Positions 16,801-28,058 of a DNA stretch of 64,000 bases are shown here, piece after piece. Origin of the DNA: a virus (Duplodnaviria; Heunggongvirae; Uroviricota; Caudoviricetes); IMG/VR virus record IMGVR_UViG_2799112330_000002, positions 282,107-346,106 of that record; one strand, written 5' to 3'. The notes under the pieces are model-generated. The model saw only the letters and a program-made list of their open reading frames with translations. It had not been told where the DNA came from and searched no databases. Each line of letters begins with the position of its first letter. Within the stretch, counting starts at the first letter, position 1. The translations under genes and the position numbers were made by a program.

Positions 16801-19587
16801 ATGTCAGACATATCATTCAATAAAAATCTATTATACTCTAAAACAGGTATATTCTATGACGAGTTAGAACATTTGAAGGCAGCTTCAACATATCTTACTC
16901 CAAACAATTATGTTGTGTCATCTTATACTGATGAAGATCTAAATACATCATATGCTCTATACTGGATAAATGAAGATCAAGAAATCATCCCATTGACATA
17001 CAACATAAAAGAAGGAAATGGACTATACTTGCAAGACAACAAATGGAAACTTAATATTGATAACTTGTCTATAAAAGAAAACAATGCATATGAACTCTAT
17101 ATAGACAATGAAGCTATTATCAATGCTTATGGGGACATGACTAAGGGAGTAATAAAGATAGATAATGACATATGTCACTTCAATAAATATGAAGTAAACA
17201 ACAATAATGGTACTGTACTTGTAAATGATAATGGTAATGTTTCTTTGTCTAACAGATTCTTGTCACTTCTTGATGATCTTGCATTCTATAAAGACAACAT
17301 AACAAATCTTACAAATGAAATAGATGAGCTTATAAAGATTACTGATGAAGAAATGATCTTTACACTTAATGTTGGAGATGTTATCTACTATAATGAAGAC
17401 AAAGGATATTCAAAGCATCTGGACAGTTTTGATACTGATGAATCATGGATTCCAAAGTATATATGTGTAATAGCATCAGGAATACTACCAGACAAGAAAG
17501 CAAGAATAATTGATCTAAGATTAGACAACTATCAATCAATGCCATTAGGAATAGATCTAAGCTATGATCTTAGTAGTTTACCAGCATATCAAAACATTCC
17601 TCTATATACAGGACAATTAGACTATGACACGGATACAAATAAGACATCTATAAATAATACAGCAATAAAATATGATGGAAATATTGGATATATAGCAACA
17701 AATAGTGCTAATTGGATTGATAACTATGAAAATCCATTCTATGTCAATGAGCATTATGGTTTTACTTATATTCCTGAAATTCCTATAACTAATTTTAAAG
17801 TATTAAAACTTGATATAGATACATCAGAAACAAAAAATAACTTAACTACATTATGTACATATTCATTAAGATTACGTGATGGTGACATATCTGATAATCC
17901 GTATTATTATAATAGTCATAAATATATTATTGATAATGCATATTTTGATGCTGGTGAAGATCATATAAAAGTATCTGATCTAAAATTAATAGCATATACA
18001 GATACTGGTGATTTCTATCCATTGCAATATCCTAAAAACATTACAAGTTTTTATTTAGACAAATATCAAATATATAATTGGCGTCAAGTTTTAACTACAC
18101 AAAGTTGGGGTAATATATCTGAAGATATTCATGAAAAGGATGAACAAAATAATCCTATATATAATGTAGTAATTAGTAATCTACACCCACATTATGGAAA
18201 TCCAATAGACATGCAATATGGTAGTAGAGGTATAAATCCCTATATAACATTATTTGGAGCAAAAAATACTAATATATTAGATGAAGAATCCTTACATAGT
18301 AATATATTAAACAATTCAAATGAAATTATATATAGGGCTGGAGTAGGTACTAAGTATATGTATAGTTGTACTGTAACCGTAAATTTTGAAAGCTCAAAAA
18401 ATCCTGCATATTTTACTGGATGTGATATAGAATATAGAATTAGATATGGAAGCACTGTTGAGTCATCTATTACTAGAATAGGACAGAATATAAGTATGAC
18501 ATATTCTCAGCCAAATGTTGATCAAATAGATATAAATGATTGGCGTATTGAATTGAGTAGTCCAATAAATCGTACATTTACATATAGCGATGTTAATCTT
18601 GCTGCTCGTTCTACATCACAATCAGAAGGAACAATTGATGAAAATTTGATTATTAATATATATGATTATTGCACATTCACTCTTGATGTTAATGATGCAA
18701 AATTAGAGTTTAATGATGTTCAGACAAATGATATTCCTCAAACTCGAGATACTACAAATAATATATGGCCAATATCTGAAAGATTTAGTGATTGGTCACA
18801 ACCTACTAATGTATATAGAAATATAGCATCAATCCATTATGATATAACATTAGCAAATAAGGAAACGTTTGTATTTAATAATGAATTATATTACCCATTA
18901 AATAATGATAAGACGGTTGCATTAAAGAAAAAAGATTCTATGGAAATTTCTCATTATAGTCCAAGTGATTCCTCTTCTTCTAATGTTACTGGTTTTTATG
19001 GATCATATACAATAGGTGAAAATGAATTAACAATTATAACATCTAATTATACCGATTCAAATGGAAATATTAATTTTATAAATTCTATATCAAATAATTA
19101 TCCATTAGGTACTTTTAATAATCGAACAACAAATGATAATGGATGGAAATATGATAATTCTGGGTCAAGTACACATAGTTATTCAGTAAGCGTAATAGAT
19201 CAATCAACAATTAATAGAACAATTACAGGTACAAATGATACACCAGCATATACATATTTATTTAAGATTAACAATGATACTAATTTAGCAAAAATAAATT
19301 TAGGTAGTGCTGTACGTACTCCTAAAGAAATGCCTATAAAAATAACAATCAATTATAATTGGAAGAAAGGTAGTTGTTATTATAAAGCTTATCAAACAGT
19401 ATATGGAATATTTGTATGTGATAATACAGCAACTAATAATAGTACTTGTGGATGGATATATAGAGCCGATGCTGGTGACACCGGATGGTATTCATTTGTA
19501 TTAAATGATACAATTCAACTTATTTTGACAGAAAATACTCCGTATCAATATATAACAAGTATAGAATTTAGAACTTTAAATAAATAA
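16801..19587 (+). CDS. large virion/tail-fibre-like protein
   Basis: 928 aa, Asn/Tyr/Thr-rich; LTYNIKEGNGL...LNIDNLSI shaft-like module; VGDVIYY...ICVI...PDKKARII module. Confidence 0.6.
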   Translation: MSDISFNKNLLYSKTGIFYDELEHLKAASTYLTPNNYVVSSYTDEDLNTSYALYWINEDQEIIPLTYNIKEGNGLYLQDNKWKLNIDNLSIKENNAYELYIDNEAIINAYGDMTKGVIKIDNDICHFNKYEVNNNNGTVLVNDNGNVSLSNRFLSLLDDLAFYKDNITNLTNEIDELIKITDEEMIFTLNVGDVIYYNEDKGYSKHLDSFDTDESWIPKYICVIASGILPDKKARIIDLRLDNYQSMPLGIDLSYDLSSLPAYQNIPLYTGQLDYDTDTNKTSINNTAIKYDGNIGYIATNSANWIDNYENPFYVNEHYGFTYIPEIPITNFKVLKLDIDTSETKNNLTTLCTYSLRLRDGDISDNPYYYNSHKYIIDNAYFDAGEDHIKVSDLKLIAYTDTGDFYPLQYPKNITSFYLDKYQIYNWRQVLTTQSWGNISEDIHEKDEQNNPIYNVVISNLHPHYGNPIDMQYGSRGINPYITLFGAKNTNILDEESLHSNILNNSNEIIYRAGVGTKYMYSCTVTVNFESSKNPAYFTGCDIEYRIRYGSTVESSITRIGQNISMTYSQPNVDQIDINDWRIELSSPINRTFTYSDVNLAARSTSQSEGTIDENLIINIYDYCTFTLDVNDAKLEFNDVQTNDIPQTRDTTNNIWPISERFSDWSQPTNVYRNIASIHYDITLANKETFVFNNELYYPLNNDKTVALKKKDSMEISHYSPSDSSSSNVTGFYGSYTIGENELTIITSNYTDSNGNINFINSISNNYPLGTFNNRTTNDNGWKYDNSGSSTHSYSVSVIDQSTINRTITGTNDTPAYTYLFKINNDTNLAKINLGSAVRTPKEMPIKITINYNWKKGSCYYKAYQTVYGIFVCDNTATNNSTCGWIYRADAGDTGWYSFVLNDTIQLILTENTPYQYITSIEFRTLNK

Positions 19588-19599
19588 TCATAAAATAAT

Positions 19600-22500
19600 A
19601 TGATAGATAAAAGATTTTCAAATAATATTATTCCACAACCATTAAATACGGATAAAAATCTAAAACAAACATTAAATAATGATTATATATCAAATAATGT
19701 TGCAACTTCTGATGTAAATGGTGTATCTAATACAAAGAAATTTTATGAATATACTAATGTTAATTCAGAATTATATAGATATAAAGAATATTTTAATGAT
19801 CAAAACAAATATTATATTCCAAGTATTGGAGAATTAGGAATTGCATTTGAAAATATACAAACTATTAATAATAGTATAAATAATCTTAATAGTACAGGAC
19901 AACATGGATTCATAAAACTTGATGCCGATGATATGTGGAAGACATTTTTAAGTTCTACAATATATGATTTTACCCAAAATCAAAACTTAGAAACATGGAT
20001 ATATGATAATCGTGTTGGAAAAATATCTTATGCATCTTATAATTCATCAAACATTATTATTCCGTTTAAACTGTTTGATAATAATTCATTAGATAGTAAT
20101 GCTTCAGAAAATTATGAAGAAATTAATAACATATATTATCAATATGAATATCCAAAAGATGATGATAGCTATGAATTACTATCTTATCTTTTCTATACTA
20201 ATACAGATAGTAGAGATTATGAAAACAATGTTAATAATAAATATTATTATCAGCAATATACGGTTTCATTAACTTATTTTAATGATAATCCAGAACCTCT
20301 GTTTTCATATTTTCTTTATGGGGATAATACTATAACTATAGGAACAGGTTCTTCACAAAAGATAGATAGATCATCTAATAATATGTCTTATGTTTATGAT
20401 AAAAATGCATTAATATGGGATAACAGTAATAACCAATTCATATATAATGATAATATTGTTCATCAAAACTTTTTTGATATAAAAGCGCAAAACAATGACA
20501 ATTCATATATATTTCCTGTAAATTATTATGTTAAAAAAGAATCAAATACTTCTAAACTATATTTGAATATCATCCCATATAGTTTTGCAATGAATTTTAT
20601 GGGAGAGAAATGTATTTCAAATAACTCATTTAAGTTTTATATTATTTTACCATTTGAATATATCTTCAATAAATTAAGACAAATTGTAAAAAAGAAAGTT
20701 GAAGAAATTGTAAATGAAATTAATAATGGTTTAGATTTTTTATTACAAAAATATGGATTCTCATTATCAACAACAGAATTTCATAAATATGATAGTAGAG
20801 GTAGGCAATCACCAGAATATGATAATATAACAGCTCTACTTGATGAATATGGCTACTCTAAATATCAATTAAATAGTTGGGAACATAAATGTTTTTTCGG
20901 CTTATCAATGGATTGGGCATATACAAATATTACTAGTAATAATATAGTTGAAAGCAGTGGTGGTAGTGAAAATTATAGATATTATATTAAATTATTTTTC
21001 TTGTTGTTTACTAAAAAAGAAATAAATGAAATGAATATTAAATTAAAGTATATTAAGCCTAAATCAGCTTATAATCATGCTGATTATTATATACGAACAT
21101 ATAATTATACATTTGATAATGGAAATTATTTACGTGATTTTGTAGCAAATAAATATGTAACTGCACTTGGATCATCAGTATTTGTAAATGAACCATTTAT
21201 ATCTTCAATGGAAAGATTAATGTTCATTATAGGATATAGATACAGATATTCAGTAGGTATGTACAATGGACAAAAATACCATTATTATTCTGACATGTTC
21301 GAATATGGTGGTTCAGCAACAAAAGAACAACAATATAGATTATATAATCCATCATTTGTTGATTTTAGTGGTAAAGTACAGTATGATGGTAGTCTTTCAT
21401 TAAGAAATTTACTTTATATATATTATGAAATAAGTTTTAAAGATGATCATGCAAATGATAAATTTTGGGAATCGATATATTATTACACAAAAGATGCTTT
21501 AATATTTAAGGTTGATACAAGAAATAGACCGTATATACATAATATAAAAAATATTAATTTTACTATTAGTTTCTTTAACTCATCATTTACAACACCTGTT
21601 TGTAAAGGCCAATATAATATTAATTTTACAAGTTTTCATAACTATAATCTTATGTTTAATAATTCAAACGTTTCAGGTAAATATAATAATATTGAAATTC
21701 TTAAAAATACAATTACTACTAGTTATAATACTAGTATTAATCCAGAAATTTATAATTCTTATAATATTAATTATAAGATATTTGATACATTACCTTTAAC
21801 TGGAAACATGAGTATGGCTGTACCAACCCCTACTATTGTTAATATATCACAAAGAAGTAGTATGCCTAAGACAACATATAATAGTATTTATACTTCTACA
21901 ATTATGAATACTGTGAAAAATTCACAATTAGTATTACTTACTGAAAGTGAAGACATATATAAATACAATCGTAATAAAAATGTACCATTTGCGTTGTATA
22001 ATCAACCCACAAAGAATTTTGTTAATCATATTATAAAATTAACTGATTCACAATTAATAAGTTTAATTGATAATACTACATTCTCAAATAATCTAAGTAA
22101 TAGTAAAGATAAACTAAAGAACTTCCCAGTTAATTCTTTATTGTTATATTATCATCAATCAACAGTTCCGGATGGGTATTCATATTGCGCATTAAGAGTA
22201 TGGAATCATATTACACCTGATGGCGTATACGATGATTATGTTTTAATAAATGATGATGTATTAAAATCACCAACATCTTCTAATCCAGGCAGAAAACGTA
22301 TTCCATCAATAGGATATAAAAATATGATTTATTATTATAATGAGCAAAATAAAAAAATATATGATTATCTATTATCGGACTATATAATCATTATTAACAA
22401 AACTAATGTGGTACAAACATTGAAATTAACTGATAATGGATTAAATAGTTGTTTATCTGATGATAATCAAATAACATTATCATTAAGAGCAAATGAAATA

Positions 22501-22908
22501 AAAATATTATATCCCGCTATTCATAATTATAATTATGATTTGGAAATAGATTCTTCTGGGACACAAAAATATAACTATAGTTTTAAAAAATATAGACAAG
22601 ACACCTCTACAATAATTAGTGATAACCCTGATAATATATACATAATGCTTAAACGTATTATAGGTATTACTGGTAATAATAGAAACAAAATAACATTTAC
22701 TGGGAATTTCTTAGCAAATTTGAATGATGAAAATACTATTGATAAAGAATTCAAAAAAATCATTAATACATCATTTATAGAAAAAATACAAAATAATTAT
22801 GGAAGTGCATCTAAAGTAACACCTACACAAAATAATATAATTACTATTGAACACTGTCAAAACCCTTATAAGGGCCATATAATCATATTCAATAGTTCTG
22901 CGGAATAA
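19600..22908 (+). CDS. large virion/tail-associated protein with an N-terminal DUF1566/Lcl-like segment
   Basis: 1102 aa; SDVNGVSNT...YYIPSIGEL...INNSIN...SST. Confidence 0.55.
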   Translation: MIDKRFSNNIIPQPLNTDKNLKQTLNNDYISNNVATSDVNGVSNTKKFYEYTNVNSELYRYKEYFNDQNKYYIPSIGELGIAFENIQTINNSINNLNSTGQHGFIKLDADDMWKTFLSSTIYDFTQNQNLETWIYDNRVGKISYASYNSSNIIIPFKLFDNNSLDSNASENYEEINNIYYQYEYPKDDDSYELLSYLFYTNTDSRDYENNVNNKYYYQQYTVSLTYFNDNPEPLFSYFLYGDNTITIGTGSSQKIDRSSNNMSYVYDKNALIWDNSNNQFIYNDNIVHQNFFDIKAQNNDNSYIFPVNYYVKKESNTSKLYLNIIPYSFAMNFMGEKCISNNSFKFYIILPFEYIFNKLRQIVKKKVEEIVNEINNGLDFLLQKYGFSLSTTEFHKYDSRGRQSPEYDNITALLDEYGYSKYQLNSWEHKCFFGLSMDWAYTNITSNNIVESSGGSENYRYYIKLFFLLFTKKEINEMNIKLKYIKPKSAYNHADYYIRTYNYTFDNGNYLRDFVANKYVTALGSSVFVNEPFISSMERLMFIIGYRYRYSVGMYNGQKYHYYSDMFEYGGSATKEQQYRLYNPSFVDFSGKVQYDGSLSLRNLLYIYYEISFKDDHANDKFWESIYYYTKDALIFKVDTRNRPYIHNIKNINFTISFFNSSFTTPVCKGQYNINFTSFHNYNLMFNNSNVSGKYNNIEILKNTITTSYNTSINPEIYNSYNINYKIFDTLPLTGNMSMAVPTPTIVNISQRSSMPKTTYNSIYTSTIMNTVKNSQLVLLTESEDIYKYNRNKNVPFALYNQPTKNFVNHIIKLTDSQLISLIDNTTFSNNLSNSKDKLKNFPVNSLLLYYHQSTVPDGYSYCALRVWNHITPDGVYDDYVLINDDVLKSPTSSNPGRKRIPSIGYKNMIYYYNEQNKKIYDYLLSDYIIIINKTNVVQTLKLTDNGLNSCLSDDNQITLSLRANEIKILYPAIHNYNYDLEIDSSGTQKYNYSFKKYRQDTSTIISDNPDNIYIMLKRIIGITGNNRNKITFTGNFLANLNDENTIDKEFKKIINTSFIEKIQNNYGSASKVTPTQNNIITIEHCQNPYKGHIIIFNSSAE

Positions 22909-22937
22909 ACATAAAATATATAACTACATATAAGATA

Positions 22938-24788
22938 ATGAGCAATCATATTTTAGATATAAATAATATTTGTACTAACGTTAAATATACAATAAGTAAT
23001 AATTCTTATTATTTAGAAAATTATCCTAATGAAAAAACTGCAAATACCAATTATATTCATCAGGATAATTCATTTGTACTTGCTCAATATGCTGCAGATG
23101 AAATTGTAGGAATAAAAATAAATAGAAATAAAACTGAAATTATTTCAAAAAATGTTGTATATGACAATACATATCTATTATATTATCAATTTCCTCAAAA
23201 ACTATCCCAAATGACTTATCTAATAAATGAAACAAACGGATTATACTATAATGGAAACTATATAAGTTTAGGAATTGATGATTATAGTATTAAAGAAATT
23301 TCTAATAAATTATTTTATAATATAAACAGTATTCCTTATTCAACAAAGACATTTAACGGCATCTTATATTTGAATAACGCATATATAGCTAATGAATCTA
23401 TACAAGCAAATAATGCATTGGTCAATAAATTATTGATGCAAGAAAACACATTAAGTTTCTATAATAAACAATTAAATATTATAAAAGATCATGTATTATT
23501 TTATAGATATATAAAAAGTGTTTTATTAAGTCATCCTAATCAAATAACATTCACGAAAAGAGCGTTTAAACAAAACATCATTAGTGCAAGTGTTGAAAAA
23601 CAAAATACTTCTAAAATAGCAAAAACACAAACAATATATAAGGATATTAATTATTGGGATGGAAATTCTGTAGAAGGTTTACAGCATTATACATATTTCC
23701 ATACAATCAATACATTTACATATGATATTGAAAGTGATTTGACAACATATTTATCACTAAATAATACATATATAAAATATTGTGATAACTATTACTTTAA
23801 CAATAATCTATTACCAAGAGAATATAAGCCATACTTTTATCAGGGACTTGAAAATAATGAGAACATTTATTGTAAATCTATACAAGACTTAGAATTCAAT
23901 ATCTATACAAATTATTTTGATAATGAAATAACTAATAAAGAAGACAATAACGTATTCAATACATATAATATATATATGAGGATAAATCCAAATTTACTTA
24001 ATAGTATAAGTCTTATATCTAATTGTAATTATGTGAATAAAACTTCTTATCTATCATCTAATATAAGTTATGCTAATTATTCAAATAATACATTGTATTA
24101 TACAAATAGTAATGATAACTTAAAATTCAAATATGTAAATACATATGTTTCATTATCAATAGCTCCAAGTTGTTCATATTTTAACTATAAACTTATTGGA
24201 GAAAATATGTTTGATGATACTAATATTTATCCATTAGGAACAAATCATATTATTAGTAGTTATAATAAAAATATTTTAGCATATATTGATTGTAATATAT
24301 ATGATAATATAAGAATTTATTATGATACTCGAAATAATATAACAAACACTCAAATAATAGATGTAAATAATTATCAAAATTCATATTTGATCTTATTTGA
24401 ATATAATACAAATCTTGGTAAAAATGATAGTTTTAAAATAACAAAGTATTTATATAATGTATTATCAAAATATGACTGCATATTTTATAATAAAGAACCA
24501 TATTTATTCTATGGATATTATGAGGTTACAACCAATGATAATAAGGTTTATAAAAAATATAGAGATATTGCTAATAAGAACATACCGTTACAATTTGCAA
24601 AATTAAATTCAAATATTATAACACTAAATTATATAATAAATGACACATTATTGATTGAGAAATTTGATAACTTAGAATTTGCTCATACAACAGATGATTA
24701 TGGAAATACAATAACAACAACTAAAAAATTATATATAGGGAAACTTTCAACTAATACTATCAAAAATATTATATCAATAAATATTTAA
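22938..24788 (+). CDS. virion/tail-fibre-like protein
   Basis: 616 aa; MTYLINETNGL...LGIDDYSI module shared with neighbours. Confidence 0.55.
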   Translation: MSNHILDINNICTNVKYTISNNSYYLENYPNEKTANTNYIHQDNSFVLAQYAADEIVGIKINRNKTEIISKNVVYDNTYLLYYQFPQKLSQMTYLINETNGLYYNGNYISLGIDDYSIKEISNKLFYNINSIPYSTKTFNGILYLNNAYIANESIQANNALVNKLLMQENTLSFYNKQLNIIKDHVLFYRYIKSVLLSHPNQITFTKRAFKQNIISASVEKQNTSKIAKTQTIYKDINYWDGNSVEGLQHYTYFHTINTFTYDIESDLTTYLSLNNTYIKYCDNYYFNNNLLPREYKPYFYQGLENNENIYCKSIQDLEFNIYTNYFDNEITNKEDNNVFNTYNIYMRINPNLLNSISLISNCNYVNKTSYLSSNISYANYSNNTLYYTNSNDNLKFKYVNTYVSLSIAPSCSYFNYKLIGENMFDDTNIYPLGTNHIISSYNKNILAYIDCNIYDNIRIYYDTRNNITNTQIIDVNNYQNSYLILFEYNTNLGKNDSFKITKYLYNVLSKYDCIFYNKEPYLFYGYYEVTTNDNKVYKKYRDIANKNIPLQFAKLNSNIITLNYIINDTLLIEKFDNLEFAHTTDDYGNTITTTKKLYIGKLSTNTIKNIISINI

Positions 24789-24800
24789 TAACTAAAGTAT

Positions 24801-27230
24801 ATGGACAATAGCATTAATGAACAAATGGGTATATGTTTACTAAAGAATGTTGATTTATCATTATCTGAAAGAGACATAACTTCATTGATAAATATTTCTA
24901 AAAATTCTCAACTATTACAAAGTGTAAAATGTAATAGTTTAGTATTATCTGTGTATGACAAATATGTATTAGGATTAGATAATGTGTATTCATATCAAGA
25001 AAACAATATTATATTCATAAATGATAATAAAGACATTATTCCACTTTCTTATAGTATAAATAATATAAATAGTGCTTTTACTATTGATAAGAACAAATAT
25101 ACTGTTAAAATTGATAATAATACAATTATTGAAAAGGACAAGATATTGTACGGATCTTATAATCATATACCAATAGCAAAAAATCATATTGGAGGAAGAT
25201 CTACTTATGATGATTCAACATTGACACTTAATAAGAATCAATTATCATTTACTAATAAAATAATTAACAAAATTAATGTCATTAATGATTACTTAAAATC
25301 TAATGAATATAATGTTAAACTTAATATATATAATAGTACATTAGAAAAATACAGAATAAATAATGCAAAATATTTATTGCCTATTTATAATATAGATAAT
25401 GCAAATAATGCTTTAATATTAAATACAAATCATATTACATATAAAGACAAAAATGAAATCATATATGATGTTGATATATCTCATCAAGTAATAAAAATTG
25501 ATTATGGTGTTAATGAATTTAATTTGATATTAAGATTTAGATATAATTATATATCTGATAGAGATATTGATTATAATTATTATACAAATTTAATACATGA
25601 TATTATTACAAACTATGTTATCATTTCTACGAATAAAATAAGTATTAATGAATCTAAATCATATATATTTGATATACATAAGACATACTTTAATTTGAAT
25701 GATAATTCTGATATTGAAATAACTGCTGATTTCAAATATAATGCTAATTTTAAAATTAATTATAAAAATATAGGAGATAAATATCTTGATTTCAATATTA
25801 AGATTCTTAATAATATCTTAAACTTCATATTATTATTAGATACTCAGGATAAATTATATAAAGTTGGTAATATCATATATTATGATAGATATCATGGATA
25901 TAATTTTGATAAGCATGGAAATCAATTAGGAATATGTCTTTATCCACAAAATTATTTTATTGATAATGATGAAACAGAAATTTCTGTAACATATAATAGT
26001 AATAGCTATTTTTATAATATAAATGTAGATGAAAACAATATTTCGGATGATGTTAAGAAATGCCAAAAACCAATATATGTAAAAATGACAGATAACTCTA
26101 TTGATACTATAGATATCAATATAAATGAAGATAACGCAAATAGTATTAATTATCATAATATTAATGCTGATAAATTAATTTGTGCATCCTTTAATGTTGA
26201 GCAAATTACAGAAGAAGATGAAGAAAATCCAGAAAATGAAATAATTACATATTCTTATAATTTAACTTATGCAATTACATCATTTGATTCTTCAAAATAT
26301 TATTATAATGTTCCATTATCACTAACTTATCATATGTATAAATATGAAGGTAAAAACGATGTTATAGTCAATAGAGATTTTATTGTTGACAATTTGTTTA
26401 ATTATCCTAAACCAAAAAACAACAATCATACATATGTGTTTCCATATATGAATTATTCTAATGCATTTAATTATATTAATGTAAATAATGGTAGACTAAA
26501 TAGTATCTATCCATTATCATTTAATTCATCATTACTTATAAATCATATAAATAGCAATGAAAAATATTATTTACCATCTTTATATGATTTAGAAGTTTTT
26601 TATGGATTTGGACTACAATATTTCTTAAAGAATAATGAATTGATTAATTTGTCAAGTAAGATATTTGTCAGAAATGCAAATACTATCTATAACTATCAAA
26701 TTCAGCCAAATAATAGAATAATAAGTAGTATAATTAATCCAAGTATTATAGGCGGTGTAGATCTTAAAACAATATTATTATTCACTATTCCTGATCTTAA
26801 TATTCTTTACGGAGACAAATACTATATTCTATATGATAATGAGAAACAATATGATATTATTAGAACATTAACAAATGAATCTTATATTAAGTTGAATATG
26901 CAAAGAATTGGAGTATCTACAACTCCTGATATCTATATAAAACTACAGTATTCACTAAAGAAAAATGGTGTAATGACTAATTATGAATATTTATATTGTT
27001 CAAATAATATTACCACAGAATATATCAATACAAAAGCTGGAAAAATGATATTGACAAATCTATCTGTAACAAGTTCTTCCATATCATTTAACCTATATAA
27101 TCATTCAACTGATGAAAGCCTATTGACTTTCTATTATAAAGACTCTAATGATGAGATGAATGATCGGACAATTAATGAAAATGTAGAAGGAAACTATAAA
27201 ATATTATGTCGGATGATCGTAAAAAAGTAA
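24801..27230 (+). CDS. virion/tail-fibre-like protein
   Basis: 809 aa; IIPLSYSI...KIDNNTI, VGNIIYY...GICLYP and YYLPSLYDL modules. Confidence 0.55.
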   Translation: MDNSINEQMGICLLKNVDLSLSERDITSLINISKNSQLLQSVKCNSLVLSVYDKYVLGLDNVYSYQENNIIFINDNKDIIPLSYSINNINSAFTIDKNKYTVKIDNNTIIEKDKILYGSYNHIPIAKNHIGGRSTYDDSTLTLNKNQLSFTNKIINKINVINDYLKSNEYNVKLNIYNSTLEKYRINNAKYLLPIYNIDNANNALILNTNHITYKDKNEIIYDVDISHQVIKIDYGVNEFNLILRFRYNYISDRDIDYNYYTNLIHDIITNYVIISTNKISINESKSYIFDIHKTYFNLNDNSDIEITADFKYNANFKINYKNIGDKYLDFNIKILNNILNFILLLDTQDKLYKVGNIIYYDRYHGYNFDKHGNQLGICLYPQNYFIDNDETEISVTYNSNSYFYNINVDENNISDDVKKCQKPIYVKMTDNSIDTIDININEDNANSINYHNINADKLICASFNVEQITEEDEENPENEIITYSYNLTYAITSFDSSKYYYNVPLSLTYHMYKYEGKNDVIVNRDFIVDNLFNYPKPKNNNHTYVFPYMNYSNAFNYINVNNGRLNSIYPLSFNSSLLINHINSNEKYYLPSLYDLEVFYGFGLQYFLKNNELINLSSKIFVRNANTIYNYQIQPNNRIISSIINPSIIGGVDLKTILLFTIPDLNILYGDKYYILYDNEKQYDIIRTLTNESYIKLNMQRIGVSTTPDIYIKLQYSLKKNGVMTNYEYLYCSNNITTEYINTKAGKMILTNLSVTSSSISFNLYNHSTDESLLTFYYKDSNDEMNDRTINENVEGNYKILCRMIVKK

Positions 27231-27276
27231 AATAAAAATTATTTTTAATTAACAATCAACATATATAGCAAACGGT

Positions 27277-28050
27277 ATGAAGAATATCTATAATGTAGAA
27301 AAAGATAAATGGAAAAGACCATGGAACTTAGAAAAGTTTGATGAGTTAGCTGTACGAGATGAAAGATACTTTAGTATATTAATTAAAGGTTGTTTGAATT
27401 GGTTTAATAATCATGTTATGTTATATGACAAGCCAATTAATCATTTTATCTTTTCAACTGGTTCTGCTATTATGTATGTTGAAAGTAATGGTTATGAATT
27501 GAATTGGTCTGAAACAACAGGTGAAGATCAAATATATATGAAGATGCCAAGATGTGTTTGTGAGATTGGTGATGTAAATGTACCAACAGAAGAATTGACA
27601 AACCCATATGTAAGAGGCATCTATGAAAGAAAGTCTAGTGATGGAAACTATAAAGGATATAATGCTGAAATAAGAAGACTACCAATAGAACTTACAATGA
27701 CATTAAGATATGTATTAAGTAATTTTAATGAAAGCATAATTTTGTTGCAGGAACTATTGGAAAAACTTGTATTCCAAAAATATTTTAATATAAACTATCT
27801 TGGGCAAAGAATAAATTGTTCAATAGAATTTCCACAACAAGATACTATTCAAGCAAACAAGATAGATTTTGATTCAACTGAAACAAATCAAAAGGTTATA
27901 GAAATAAGTATAAAGATCAGTTCATATCTTCCAATAATCAATGAAAGAACGGAAGTACCAAATGATAAAGTCATCAGAACAACAAAGAATGTATATGAAT
28001 TTGTTCAACAAGATATGGTTACTGATGATGAAATATATGTTAATGAATAA
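27277..28050 (+). CDS. tail terminator/sheath stabiliser (T4 gp15-like)
   Basis: MPRCVCEI...RRLPIELTMTLRYV...IILLQELLE pattern and size; motif B upstream (27239). Confidence 0.6.
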   Translation: MKNIYNVEKDKWKRPWNLEKFDELAVRDERYFSILIKGCLNWFNNHVMLYDKPINHFIFSTGSAIMYVESNGYELNWSETTGEDQIYMKMPRCVCEIGDVNVPTEELTNPYVRGIYERKSSDGNYKGYNAEIRRLPIELTMTLRYVLSNFNESIILLQELLEKLVFQKYFNINYLGQRINCSIEFPQQDTIQANKIDFDSTETNQKVIEISIKISSYLPIINERTEVPNDKVIRTTKNVYEFVQQDMVTDDEIYVNE

Positions 28051-28058
28051 GTTAAATT

